Source: Planctomycetota bacterium (lineage in GTDB: Bacteria; Planctomycetota; UBA11346). Taken from it: a DNA stretch of 60,519 nucleotides. Position 1 is the stretch's first letter, and each line of letters begins with the position of its first letter. Of this stretch, positions 18,746-27,349 are shown one piece after another. The stretch covers positions 1 through 60,519 of the forward strand of contig JBBROQ010000001.1 of NCBI GenBank assembly GCA_038229115.1, given 5' to 3'. The notes under the pieces are model-generated. The model saw nothing but the letters and a program-made list of their open reading frames with translations, was not told the origin of the DNA and did no database searches. A program made the translations under genes and the position numbers.

Positions 18746-19155
18746 TTAGTATCGGCGCCGGATTGAGCGGTTGCTAGAGCGTTTTCCGGGCTGCTGATCT
18801 ACAGCCTTAAACGAAGAAATTAGTACGCCCTCGTTGTCGTGCGCCATAATTATTGCGCAGAACATGTCTATCTCCAATAGGTCTCGTTGCTTTTCCCATA
18901 CTGTTAGATTATTAGATACTTACACAGTATTTCGTATTTTTGACCGTCAATATTTCCAGGCCCCCTCACTGCATTTTCGACGCTCCTTATTCCAGAGCTT
19001 TAGATCCTTTGCAATTATAATGCTCAACCTATAGCGCCGTCGCCTTTCAGATGAGCTGTTGTAGGCGAACATTGAAGTAATCGTGTAATATCGGCAGGAA
19101 TTAACTTCGCGCCCTTGATCCAAAAGCTGACGGTAGATTTTATGATTTTGTGCAT
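18746..19155 (-). pseudogene. DUF4279-like gene disrupted by frameshifts and stops
   Basis: My manual minus-strand translation finds an ATG at 19155 giving MHKIIKSTVSFWIKGAKLIPADITRLLQCSPTTAHLKGDGAIG*. Fragments follow in other frames (KERRKCSEGAWKY*, EIDMFCAIIMAHDNEGVLISS...). The N-terminal pattern and the D-x-FC...N-G motif resemble DUF4279 proteins as I remember them. Confidence 0.5.
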
Positions 19156-19229
19156 GGTTGGCAATTGATGCACTGTAGAAGTTCGGAACAATATGTCAGG
19201 CTATTGCTCAAACTAATCAGAGCTAGGAG

Positions 19230-20099
19230 CTAGGCGGAGTCCGCATTGAGTATTTGTTCAATGGTTTTCAACGAGGAAGGATGTCCGTATTGCCTGTACA
19301 GCCAATACCTGGGCTCCGCATAAATATCGGCTATATTGTTTGGTACATCACTGAATTGCTGCGAGTAAATACTATCAACGAAAAATGCGTTGGCTCCGGT
19401 GTGCGAATTACAACACACCACTCGGTAATTGGAATGAGCGAAAAGCTTCACAAAGCTAGTAAGCGAGGCGCCGAAATAATCATCGCCAAGCCAGCGATGA
19501 TTGGCGTCATAAGCAATCTTGAATTCAATCGGTGGCAAAAATTTGGCATTGTATTCAATGACGAATAGTTTCGGGCGGAATCCGTCCGATAATAAAGCCT
19601 CGACTAAATATATGTCGTTGCCGTCCAGATCGAGTGAGGCAACACTCGGTGAAGTTGCCCCAATCCGCCGCAGGCCCAGCCTTGCCAATTCGACGATATT
19701 TTCCCGCGTGATCCAATTTTGGAGGTATGTAAAGCGACTAGAAGCTGACTCCTTTATTTTTGGCCTAATCGCTTCTACACCAACCCAAAACCCCCTCCAG
19801 CCTAAAGCGGCTAGTATTAAAGTATTGTTTTCCATGCCGTCACCAACGCCAAACTCGACATAGACTCCTTCAGATATCAGATCTAAACGCCTTAGGATTT
19901 CTAGGGTTATGCCGTCCTCGTCGGTTTGGCTGAAACATTTTTTCCCGAATGCGTTCAAGGGATTTTTGTATTGGGATTGCAAATTCTTCGTTTGCTGGAA
20001 GAGGGTTAAGTCATAAATCGCTTCAATCAGGTTAGCGATCCTCCCGATTTCAACGCGTTTCCAGTGAAGGTGTCGCTTAATTTTTTTGAGAAAATTCAT
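19230..20099 (-). CDS. FkbM-family SAM-dependent methyltransferase
   Basis: 289 aa and AT-rich. YVEFGVGDGMENNT (SAM-binding glycine-rich loop) and LDLDGNDIY resemble Methyltransf_21/FkbM proteins. Confidence 0.65.
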   Translation of the reverse strand: MNFLKKIKRHLHWKRVEIGRIANLIEAIYDLTLFQQTKNLQSQYKNPLNAFGKKCFSQTDEDGITLEILRRLDLISEGVYVEFGVGDGMENNTLILAALGWRGFWVGVEAIRPKIKESASSRFTYLQNWITRENIVELARLGLRRIGATSPSVASLDLDGNDIYLVEALLSDGFRPKLFVIEYNAKFLPPIEFKIAYDANHRWLGDDYFGASLTSFVKLFAHSNYRVVCCNSHTGANAFFVDSIYSQQFSDVPNNIADIYAEPRYWLYRQYGHPSSLKTIEQILNADSA

Positions 20100-20260
20100 G
20101 TGTTGAGGTTCGTGTTGGGGTTGTCTGATTATTGTAGAAAACGCAAACGAATTGTGACGTCTGATACACCCAGCGTCTGCAATCAGGCGCCATGGCCAGC
20201 GATGCAGGACGAAGGCAATATTGTACCACAGTTCGTTGCATTGCCTTGTTGGTCATCCAT

Positions 20261-20330
20261 CAGATTATCTTTGTGCATTTCAATTAAATTTTCAATCGTT
20301 AAGTGTTATGGCCAATGCAAAGATAATCTG
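20261..20330. repeat. long imperfect inverted repeat in a 650-nt AT-rich non-coding gap
   Basis: cagattatctttgtgcatt (20261-20279) pairs with aatgcaaagataatctg (20314-20330): 13 perfect bp plus 6 more bp across a 2-nt bulge. Confidence 0.7.
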
Positions 20331-20752
20331 GATACATTCGAGGCCTGCATTTTTTGTGTATAAAAATCGCAGCACAATGAAATAAGTTGATCTTAATACT
20401 GGGCTTCAGGCTTCTATCCTAAATGCTTGGTGCCTCTCTTGTGAACTTTAGAAATATTTCATGGGGTTATTCATATTTAATTGGTTCTCTGAACGCCCGA
20501 CTTCCTAGTCAGCAAAGCACCGAGTGACCTCATACTCAGGCAAACCTACTTGATAATTTCAGCCCTGCATTCCGCAGTGAGTCTCAAGCACGCGGCGTTG
20601 ACTCTGCACGAAAATGTGAGTGTTATGACTTGATATGTGTTCTACGGCATTGGCATGTCTATCGCTCTAAATCTGCATGCTCAAACCCAGTGTTGCTTTA
20701 GTAGTGGTAATATTTTTTAACAATATTCCGGTAACTTTGTCGCGGGGTAATT

Positions 20753-21292
20753 ATGTCTACGCATATTGAGTGTGTTGCAGGATCACTGGCCCAGGCACAA
20801 AGCATTGTTCACAGCCTTCACGAAGCGGGAATTGCTCAGGACGCGGTTTCCTACCGCTTGCCAAGTAGCAGCCAGCCCGAGAAATTCGATCGAGAATTCG
20901 TAGGATTGGGTGCGCCCAGCGATGAGGTTCTGCCGCCGGGTGGAGTGAAAGGCATGCTTAGTGGTCCGGTGGGCTGGGGCATTGGTCTGGGAATCCTCGG
21001 TTGGCTAATCGGTCTGTGCTTGGTGCTTTTTTCGGGTGCCGAACCGCGGTTGAACACAGGCAGCAATCGTGCGCTGCTGCTCCCGCTGATTGTTGCCTGC
21101 GGTGGCGGCGTGTTGGGATTAATTATCGCCAAAGTCATGTCACGCCGCGAGCGGCGCCGCTATCGGGATAAGCTCCGCGATGGTCGCATTTTGATTTCCG
21201 CTAAACTTCCTGAAGGCCCTGACAGAGATCATGCCCTGTCCATATTCCGACAGTCCGGAGCAGAGCACATCGCTTTACAGCCCCAGGATTAG
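20753..21292 (+). CDS. hypothetical membrane protein with a central Gly-rich TM region
   Basis: 179 aa with intermediate GC. Soluble N- and C-terminal modules flank GPVGWGIGLGILGWLIGLCLVLF and LLLPLIVACGGGVLGLIIA. A strong terminator follows. Confidence 0.55.
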   Translation: MSTHIECVAGSLAQAQSIVHSLHEAGIAQDAVSYRLPSSSQPEKFDREFVGLGAPSDEVLPPGGVKGMLSGPVGWGIGLGILGWLIGLCLVLFSGAEPRLNTGSNRALLLPLIVACGGGVLGLIIAKVMSRRERRRYRDKLRDGRILISAKLPEGPDRDHALSIFRQSGAEHIALQPQD

Positions 21293-21337
21293 GCACGACC
21301 TCGGTCACCTCGCCGCCGACGGCCCTCCGACCGGCCG

Positions 21338-21380
21338 CAGGCGGGCGCGCCCTTAAAATGCGCGCCCGCCTGGGGTTTTG
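21338..21380 (+). terminator. rho-independent terminator
   Basis: caggcgggcgcgc-ccttaaaat-gcgcgcccgcctg (13-bp GC stem) followed by gggttttgggg. Confidence 0.8.
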
Positions 21381-21632
21381 GGGCGGCTTTACTGTGATAG
21401 CGCAGGCGCACGGGCTCCTTGAATTGCCATTCGAGGCAGCGATAGCGATTGGGTAGATCTCACTTCTTCGAACACGGCCCGGCGAAATACGCAGGGCCAT
21501 CGGTTGCGACTTTCAGTTGTAAGATTGATTTATATACGGCAGACGTCGCCGCGCGCGTTTGCTGAATCGCCAACGACAGCCGTAGAATTGACAATGCCGC
21601 CGATGTCCGCTTAGTGCCGCCGGCCTGCCGCG

Positions 21633-23099
21633 GTGCTGCGGCCACACTCGTTCGCATCCCCTGGGACTTTTTTCGTGCTGTTCAATTCACTGACCTTTGT
21701 CCTGTTCTTCCTGATCGTCCTGGGCAGTTACCGCCTGATTGGAAATTGGGGCGCGCGCAAGAATCTGCTGTTGGTCGCCAGCTACATTTTTTATGGGGCG
21801 TGGAATCCGCCGTTCGCGCTGCTGTTGTTGCTGTCGACGGTGGTCGATTGGTTGGTGGCCGGGCGGATGGACGCGCAGACCGATCCGGGTCGGCGGCGAG
21901 CTTGGTTGTTGCTGAGCCTGGTGGCCAATTTGGGCATGCTGGGCTTCTTCAAATACGGCGACTTTTTGCTGGCCAATACTGGCGTTCTGCTGGCCGCGAT
22001 GGGCATCCATTATCAGCCGCCGAGCATGGGCATTTTGCTGCCGGTAGGCATCTCGTTCTACACCTTCCACACGCTGTCCTACACCATCGACGTGTATCGA
22101 CGTGAGATCCGGCCGGAGCCTTCGCTGCGTAATTTCGCGCTGTTTGTGTCGTTCTTTCCGCAATTGGTCGCCGGGCCGATCGTGCGCGCGCGCGACTTCC
22201 TGCCGCAGCTACAGACTCCACCGAAGCCCGCGCCGGGACGTTTGGGTTGGGGCCTGTTTTTGATGACGTTGGGCCTGTTCGAAAAAGTGGTGGTCGCGGA
22301 CACGCTGTTGGCGCCGACCGCCGATGCGGTGTTCGGGCATACCTTCCCGCTGCATGCCACTGATGCCTGGGCCGGGGTGCTGGCGTTTGCCTTTCAGATC
22401 CTGTTCGACTTCGGCGGCTATTCCCTGTGCGCGATCGGCGCCGACCTGTGTTTCGGATTTCACATCCTCGACAATTTTCGTTTCCCCTACGCCGCGATTG
22501 GGTTTTCGGACTTCTGGCGGCGCTGGCACATTTCGCTGTCGAGCTGGCTGCGCGACTACCTGTACATTCCGCTCGGCGGGAATCGTCACGGCGGTGTGCG
22601 CACCGGCGTGAACATCATGGTGGTGATGTTGCTGGGCGGGCTGTGGCACGGCGCGGCGTGGACCTTTGTGGTCTGGGGCGGGCTGCATGGACTGTTCCTG
22701 TTGGCCGAGCGCGGGGTGCGCTGCGTGGTCGGCGACGCGGCCTGGGCCAACACCCGCGGCGCGGCATTTGTTGGCTGGGCCGTGACCTTTCTGGGCCTCT
22801 GCATCACCTGGGTATTTTTCCGCTCGGGCAGTTTTGGCGCGGCGATGAAAAACTTGGCCAGCATGGCCGGCGCGTTCGGCGCCGAGGGCGATCAAATCCT
22901 GAGCACGCGCGCGCTGTTGCAGGTTGGCGCGGTGGTGGTGATCGTGTTGTTGGTCCACGCCCGCCTGCGCAAAAGCAGCTTAGAAGCCGCGGTTTCGACT
23001 TGGCCGACGTGGTTAGTGACGGTGGCCTGGATCGCCATGGGCGCGGCGATTCTGCTCGCGCAGGGCAACGGCAGTGCGTTCATCTATTTCCAGTTCTGA
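21633..23099 (+). CDS. membrane-bound O-acyltransferase (MBOAT; AlgI/DltB family)
   Basis: Polytopic protein with the conserved FWRRWHISLSSWLRDYLYIPLGGNR motif containing the catalytic His. GC-rich. The likely true start is the GTG at 21675 (VLFNSLTFVLFF). Confidence 0.9.
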   Translation: MLRPHSFASPGTFFVLFNSLTFVLFFLIVLGSYRLIGNWGARKNLLLVASYIFYGAWNPPFALLLLLSTVVDWLVAGRMDAQTDPGRRRAWLLLSLVANLGMLGFFKYGDFLLANTGVLLAAMGIHYQPPSMGILLPVGISFYTFHTLSYTIDVYRREIRPEPSLRNFALFVSFFPQLVAGPIVRARDFLPQLQTPPKPAPGRLGWGLFLMTLGLFEKVVVADTLLAPTADAVFGHTFPLHATDAWAGVLAFAFQILFDFGGYSLCAIGADLCFGFHILDNFRFPYAAIGFSDFWRRWHISLSSWLRDYLYIPLGGNRHGGVRTGVNIMVVMLLGGLWHGAAWTFVVWGGLHGLFLLAERGVRCVVGDAAWANTRGAAFVGWAVTFLGLCITWVFFRSGSFGAAMKNLASMAGAFGAEGDQILSTRALLQVGAVVVIVLLVHARLRKSSLEAAVSTWPTWLVTVAWIAMGAAILLAQGNGSAFIYFQF

Positions 23100-23108
23100 G
23101 GGCCAACC

Positions 23109-24206
23109 ATGCGCTCACTTTCTTCTGCCTCAGCCACCACTGCCACTGCCTTCCAACGCCCGATCCCGGCCCTGTCCTGGACCGCTCTTGCCTCCATCAC
23201 CGCGATCGCGTTGGTGCTGTTGGTGGCCGCCTGGGAACGGCACTGCCGCGCCATCGGCTATGCGCCGGGCCTGGACGACACCAGCGATTTGTGGGTCGAA
23301 CAACGCCGTAGCGTGCGCCCCGACGAAACCGTCATCATCGGCGCCTCGCGCGGACTGTACGGCCTTGATTTGGATGAGCTGGAATCGGCCCTCGGGCGCC
23401 GGCCGGTGCAGCTGTGCTTGGTCGGGTCCTGCGTGTATCCGATCCTTCAGGACTTCGCCGATGACGCGTCGTTTCATGGCACCGTGATTTGCGACCTGGT
23501 GCCGGGACTGTTGTTGGTGCCGCCGATGGCGCCGCCCTACCACAACGCTGAAAAAGCGCTGGAGCGCAAGCGCACGCAAAGCCTCACGCAGCGCGCCAGC
23601 CACCTGCTGTCGCTGCCGCTCGAACGGACCTTCGCCTGTCTGCAAATGGACGATCTCACCCTGGCCGACCTGTTGCGTGACCTGCGCATTCCCAATCGTG
23701 CCCACGCGCAATTAGGCGCGGCCCTGCCGCCTTATTTTGGCCGCATCGATCGCGACCGCCGCACCTGGATGATCGACCGCGTGCAGACCGACGCCGCGCT
23801 GCGCGATCGGATCCAACGCGGCTGGATCCCGCTGTTCTCACCACCGCCGAAACCGCACTGGATCCCGGATCAGGCCTTCGGCGCCTACATGCACGCCATG
23901 GTCGACGGCCGCTTCGCCGCCATGGCCAAGGCCGTCGACACCATCCGCCAACGCGGCGGCAAAGTCGTCTTCCTACGCATGCCCTCTACCGGCGACCTGC
24001 GCGTGGTCGAAGACCGCCTCAGCCCGCGCACCGAGGTCTGGGACCGGCTGTTGCGCGAAGCCAACGCCCCCGGCGTGTACGCCGAGGATCACCCCGAACT
24101 GTGCGGCTTCGATATTCCCGAATCATCGCATTTGAGCGCCACGGCTTCGGTGGAGTTTACCCGCCAATTGGCGCCGTATATTCGCACGGCGCTGGCCGCG
24201 CACTGA
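23109..24206 (+). CDS. hypothetical membrane-anchored protein, probable partner of the MBOAT enzyme
   Basis: 365 aa, GC-rich, starting 10 nt after the MBOAT stop. It has one N-terminal TM segment (WTALASITAIALVLLVAAW). I recognise no family; its position corresponds to AlgJ/DltD-type partners. Confidence 0.6.
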   Translation: MRSLSSASATTATAFQRPIPALSWTALASITAIALVLLVAAWERHCRAIGYAPGLDDTSDLWVEQRRSVRPDETVIIGASRGLYGLDLDELESALGRRPVQLCLVGSCVYPILQDFADDASFHGTVICDLVPGLLLVPPMAPPYHNAEKALERKRTQSLTQRASHLLSLPLERTFACLQMDDLTLADLLRDLRIPNRAHAQLGAALPPYFGRIDRDRRTWMIDRVQTDAALRDRIQRGWIPLFSPPPKPHWIPDQAFGAYMHAMVDGRFAAMAKAVDTIRQRGGKVVFLRMPSTGDLRVVEDRLSPRTEVWDRLLREANAPGVYAEDHPELCGFDIPESSHLSATASVEFTRQLAPYIRTALAAH

Positions 24207-24215
24207 AAAACAATC

Positions 24216-25073
24216 TTATCTGACATGGATTTTTTTCAGAATGACCAATGCAATACCGCCGAGTATTGCCACCGAGGCCAACACCAAGCGCACGGTCATG
24301 GGCTCGCCTAAAATCAGGACGCCACCGAATGCGGCGATAATGGGAACACTCAGTTGCACGGTCGCCGCGCTGGTTGACCGCAATGCCGGCAAGACGCTGT
24401 ACCATATAATATAACCCAATGCAGACGCGACTGCTCCGGACATGACGGCGCATAGCGCACCGGCGGTATCGACAGAGGCATTCCCCCGGACAAACACGAC
24501 CAGAATGAAGGCCGCCGCTAATACCGCCGCACGCTTGAAATTACCGGCAGATACATTTGCGGGATCGCCCGCCCCTTTTCCGCGCAGCGAATAAATACCC
24601 CACGCCATACCGGCGGCCACCATAAGCAATGCACTGACGAGGGGCGGCGACGCCAGGCCGGGCGATAATAAAACCGCCAAGCCTCCTCCAGCTAAAAAAA
24701 TCCCGGCGATTTGCGTCCGCGATAGTTTCTCTCCGGTCCAAATCCCATATCCAATCATGCTGACCTGCACCGCAACAAACAGCAGCAGCGCGCCAGTCGC
24801 GGCCGAAAGATGCACATACGCCAACGAAAATCCACCGGCGTAAATAAACAGTGCCAAAGCAGAACGCCAATTCCCCGCGCCAATAGCCTTTCTGCGCGTC
24901 AGACGAACAATCAGCCACAACACCAGCGCGCCGGAGATCAAGCGAATCGCAGTAAAACTCGCCGCATCAATCGTCGTGCCCCGCAAAGCGGCACGACACA
25001 GCAGCGAATTTCCCGCAAACGCGAGCATGGCCAATGCTGTTAATAGAGCTATTCGCATAGGTGACATTTTCAT
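24216..25073 (-). CDS. DMT-superfamily (EamA-like) transporter
   Basis: 285 aa with about 10 TM helices in two EamA-type halves. GC is intermediate. Confidence 0.8.
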   Translation of the reverse strand: MKMSPMRIALLTALAMLAFAGNSLLCRAALRGTTIDAASFTAIRLISGALVLWLIVRLTRRKAIGAGNWRSALALFIYAGGFSLAYVHLSAATGALLLFVAVQVSMIGYGIWTGEKLSRTQIAGIFLAGGGLAVLLSPGLASPPLVSALLMVAAGMAWGIYSLRGKGAGDPANVSAGNFKRAAVLAAAFILVVFVRGNASVDTAGALCAVMSGAVASALGYIIWYSVLPALRSTSAATVQLSVPIIAAFGGVLILGEPMTVRLVLASVAILGGIALVILKKIHVR

Positions 25074-25209
25074 TTATTCCCCGAGTGTTCAATAGCGCCC
25101 AACGTCTATAACCCCGAGGCTGTTGAAAAGTTTTGACTTAATAGAACATAGCCCATTTCATCAGCCTTGATGTATCACAAGGCCAGACTGCCGTTGGCAA
25201 CAGGGCTAA

Positions 25210-25554
25210 TTATACGTCAAATGCGAGGCGAATTCCGTTATCGACGGAAAACAGCAGTGCCGGATCCAGTTCACAGACAAAGTCCGATATTCTGGTTTTA
25301 TTAATGGTTAGAATCTGCGAAACATTGATAACGCTGTCTTTGGCTAATCCGGACTCTTCGTGTTTTACCAATACATTGCCGGGGGCTTTGGCCAAAGCCA
25401 CGTTCGTCGTTAGCATTGCGACCATTACCGTGGGTATTGAACTGGCATTAAAAAGATCCGACTGGATTATCATAACCGGGCGTCTGTCACCCGGCTCATT
25501 CCCAATTGGGCTATCCAGATTTGCCCAATACACTTCTCCGCGCCTCATTTCCAA
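25210..25554 (-). CDS. type II toxin, MazF/PemK family endoribonuclease
   Basis: RRGEVYWANLDSPIGNEPGDRRPVMIIQSDLFN...TVMVAMLTTN...DSVINVSQILTINKTRI matches the PemK/MazF fold pattern. Confidence 0.9.
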   Translation of the reverse strand: MEMRRGEVYWANLDSPIGNEPGDRRPVMIIQSDLFNASSIPTVMVAMLTTNVALAKAPGNVLVKHEESGLAKDSVINVSQILTINKTRISDFVCELDPALLFSVDNGIRLAFDV

Positions 25555-25781
25555 TCATTCCCAGGCAAATCAGCAATCCCGGCCGATTCAAATGCGGTGT
25601 CAATAGCCACAGATGACGAATACACCTTATTTAATTGATCGGTAATTCCATGGTCGCCTTCCTTCTCAACATACCATCGAATGGCATTCGTATAAAATTC
25701 GCTTCTGCTCATCTTTTTGCGACGCTGAATCCGCTCCGCGGCTTGAAAGACGCTGTCTGGCAGTGATATTGCAGTCTTCAT
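25545..25781 (-). CDS. ribbon-helix-helix (CopG/MazE-like) antitoxin
   Basis: 78 aa. MKTAISLPDSVFQAAERIQRRKKMSRSEFYTNAIRWYVEK has the RHH strand-helix-helix pattern. It overlaps the toxin start by 10 nt. Confidence 0.8.
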   Translation of the reverse strand: MKTAISLPDSVFQAAERIQRRKKMSRSEFYTNAIRWYVEKEGDHGITDQLNKVYSSSVAIDTAFESAGIADLPGNDWK

Positions 25782-25854
25782 GTTTGGAGTATGACCGGTT
25801 ATACCAGTCGATCAAGCATGCGCTCACCCTTGTTGAAAGCACCCCGATGTTTGG

Positions 25855-26006
25855 GAGCGGCCGCTGTGCGAAGCCAATGGCCAGTTGTATTCACTTAGGA
25901 TTACGAGAACCTGTGCGATTTCGACATCCCCGAATGGTCGTATTTGAGCGTCACGTCTTCGGTGGAATTTAACCGCCAATTGGCGCCATATATTCACGCG
26001 GCGCTG
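25855..26006 (+). pseudogene. diverged, frameshifted duplicate of the 3' end of the 23109..24206 gene
   Basis: Aligns with 24050-24200 at about 80% identity by eye. For example, ...cgaatggtcgtatttgagcgtcacgtcttcggtggaatttaaccgccaattggcgccatatattcacgcggcgctg aligns with ...cgaatcatcgcatttgagcgccacggcttcggtggagtttacccgccaattggcgccgtatattcgcacggcgctg. It encodes LCDFDIPEWSYLSVTSSVEFNRQLAPYIHAAL versus LCGFDIPESSHLSATASVEFTRQLAPYIRTAL, with a 1-nt indel and a TAG upstream. Confidence 0.8.
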
Positions 26007-26197
26007 ACGACAACGTCGCGTCAGAGCGTCGAACGACGCGTTCGCCGGACGCAACGGCATGTCATGTTGATTCGGGAATTGGTGTAATCGCCCTCTTGCC
26101 GCCTGCGATTATGTGACGTAAACCAATTCCATTTTCCAGGATCCTGTCGCAGCAGTATCGGGATGAATAGTCATCCCCCTTGCCGGGCATTAATTAT

Positions 26198-26719
26198 CTA
26201 CAGTTTCTGCGCCTTGGTGATTAATGACGCGCCGCAGTTTTCGCACCTCAACGAATCAGGCGATGTCTTGCGGCCGCATTTGGAACAAGCGTTACTGTTT
26301 CTTATTTTAATTCCAAGTATATGATTAATAATTAAGGCGAATCCAATCCACATTGCCATATTTGCGGTCATTCCTGCCCAGGTTACTGGCGCAATCATTG
26401 ATCCCGAAACATTTACATAAACTTCGGTGCCCAGCCAATGAAGGAGCAACCCCGCCGGAAAACAATAAAACATATTAATATACAATCCCATAATAAATGG
26501 AATGGCTAATATTTGCAAATGTAACAACGATCCGACAAGCGCCAATAGTGCGAAGATGGCGAATAGTAGATTTGGTAGCACTCCAATAGTAAATGGAATT
26601 AGATAGTACCCTACTCGGACGTTCCATATTAATTTGTCTGTGATGATAAAGCCTGCTTTGTGGGTCTTGCGCCGGTTCAAATATAATACAAATAAGACGA
26701 TTAGTAGCAATAATAACAT
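26198..26719 (-). CDS. hypothetical polytopic membrane protein with a C-terminal zinc-ribbon
   Basis: 173 aa and AT-rich. About 4-5 TM helices are followed by CSKCGRKTSPDSLRCENCG (CxxC...CxxC). Confidence 0.6.
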   Translation of the reverse strand: MLLLLLIVLFVLYLNRRKTHKAGFIITDKLIWNVRVGYYLIPFTIGVLPNLLFAIFALLALVGSLLHLQILAIPFIMGLYINMFYCFPAGLLLHWLGTEVYVNVSGSMIAPVTWAGMTANMAMWIGFALIINHILGIKIRNSNACSKCGRKTSPDSLRCENCGASLITKAQKL

Positions 26720-26950
26720 TAAAATAAATCCATTATAGACAAGCTCAGCATTAAGAGCTTCGGGGACGGACGCCCAGCGTCCGTGATCAGGGGACTTGGA
26801 TCAGCCCCGCATTGCGAAATGACATAGTCGCAACCGGGATAGACATGCGGCCCGCTGCATCGCTTAGATTGGCATTTTGCAGCTGAAGCAAAATCACAGG
26901 CTAAAATTCTGCTATTGAACATTTATAATTATTCAGTGTTTAATCGGTGT

Positions 26951-27349
26951 TTATTTACGATTATTGCCGTTAGACAACATAGAATGAACAGCGTGGCTTT
27001 CTAACACCACTTCACCAGCAGAAGAAATGCGCACACTTTCCAGAACTTGGTCAAAGCCATCGTTGCTTTCAATCTCGACTGACAGGCTTTGGTCCTTGAT
27101 GTTTATTTTACCGCGAGCCGCTCTAAATTGCCCTTTGCAGGAACTAATCTTTTTATTTAACTGCACTAACTGAACGCCAGACAAGCCGTGCGCTGTCGAT
27201 CTGCGATTCCAGTAAACAAGCGGACTGCCTGACAACTTTCCTTTTATGGTATTTGAAACTGTTGTAAATGTTACCTGTGATATGTTTCTGTTTTCGTCTA
27301 TCTGTATCTGCCTTTCAATATTTACGGATGTCGACATAAGGCATGCCAA
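26951..27349 (-). CDS. hypothetical protein, possibly the nonsense-truncated remnant of a membrane-anchored protein
   Basis: 132-aa ORF with a TTG start. The upstream in-frame sequence encodes a TM-like AFISCGIGILIVILACL, preceded by an in-frame TAA (27401-27403) and an ATG at 27445. Confidence 0.45.
   Translation of the reverse strand: MACLMSTSVNIERQIQIDENRNISQVTFTTVSNTIKGKLSGSPLVYWNRRSTAHGLSGVQLVQLNKKISSCKGQFRAARGKINIKDQSLSVEIESNDGFDQVLESVRISSAGEVVLESHAVHSMLSNGNNRK

Noticed and set aside
25097-25199. Possible attC-like element after mazF (TGCCAAC ... GTTGGGC, about 103 nt) and a similar pair at 28488-28561 (TTCCAAT ... GTTGGAC)
   Set aside because: They match only the degenerate consensus, which is expected about once per kb per strand by chance. 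The interior pairing is poor and there is no homology to the other repeats. This is too weak to report as a feature.
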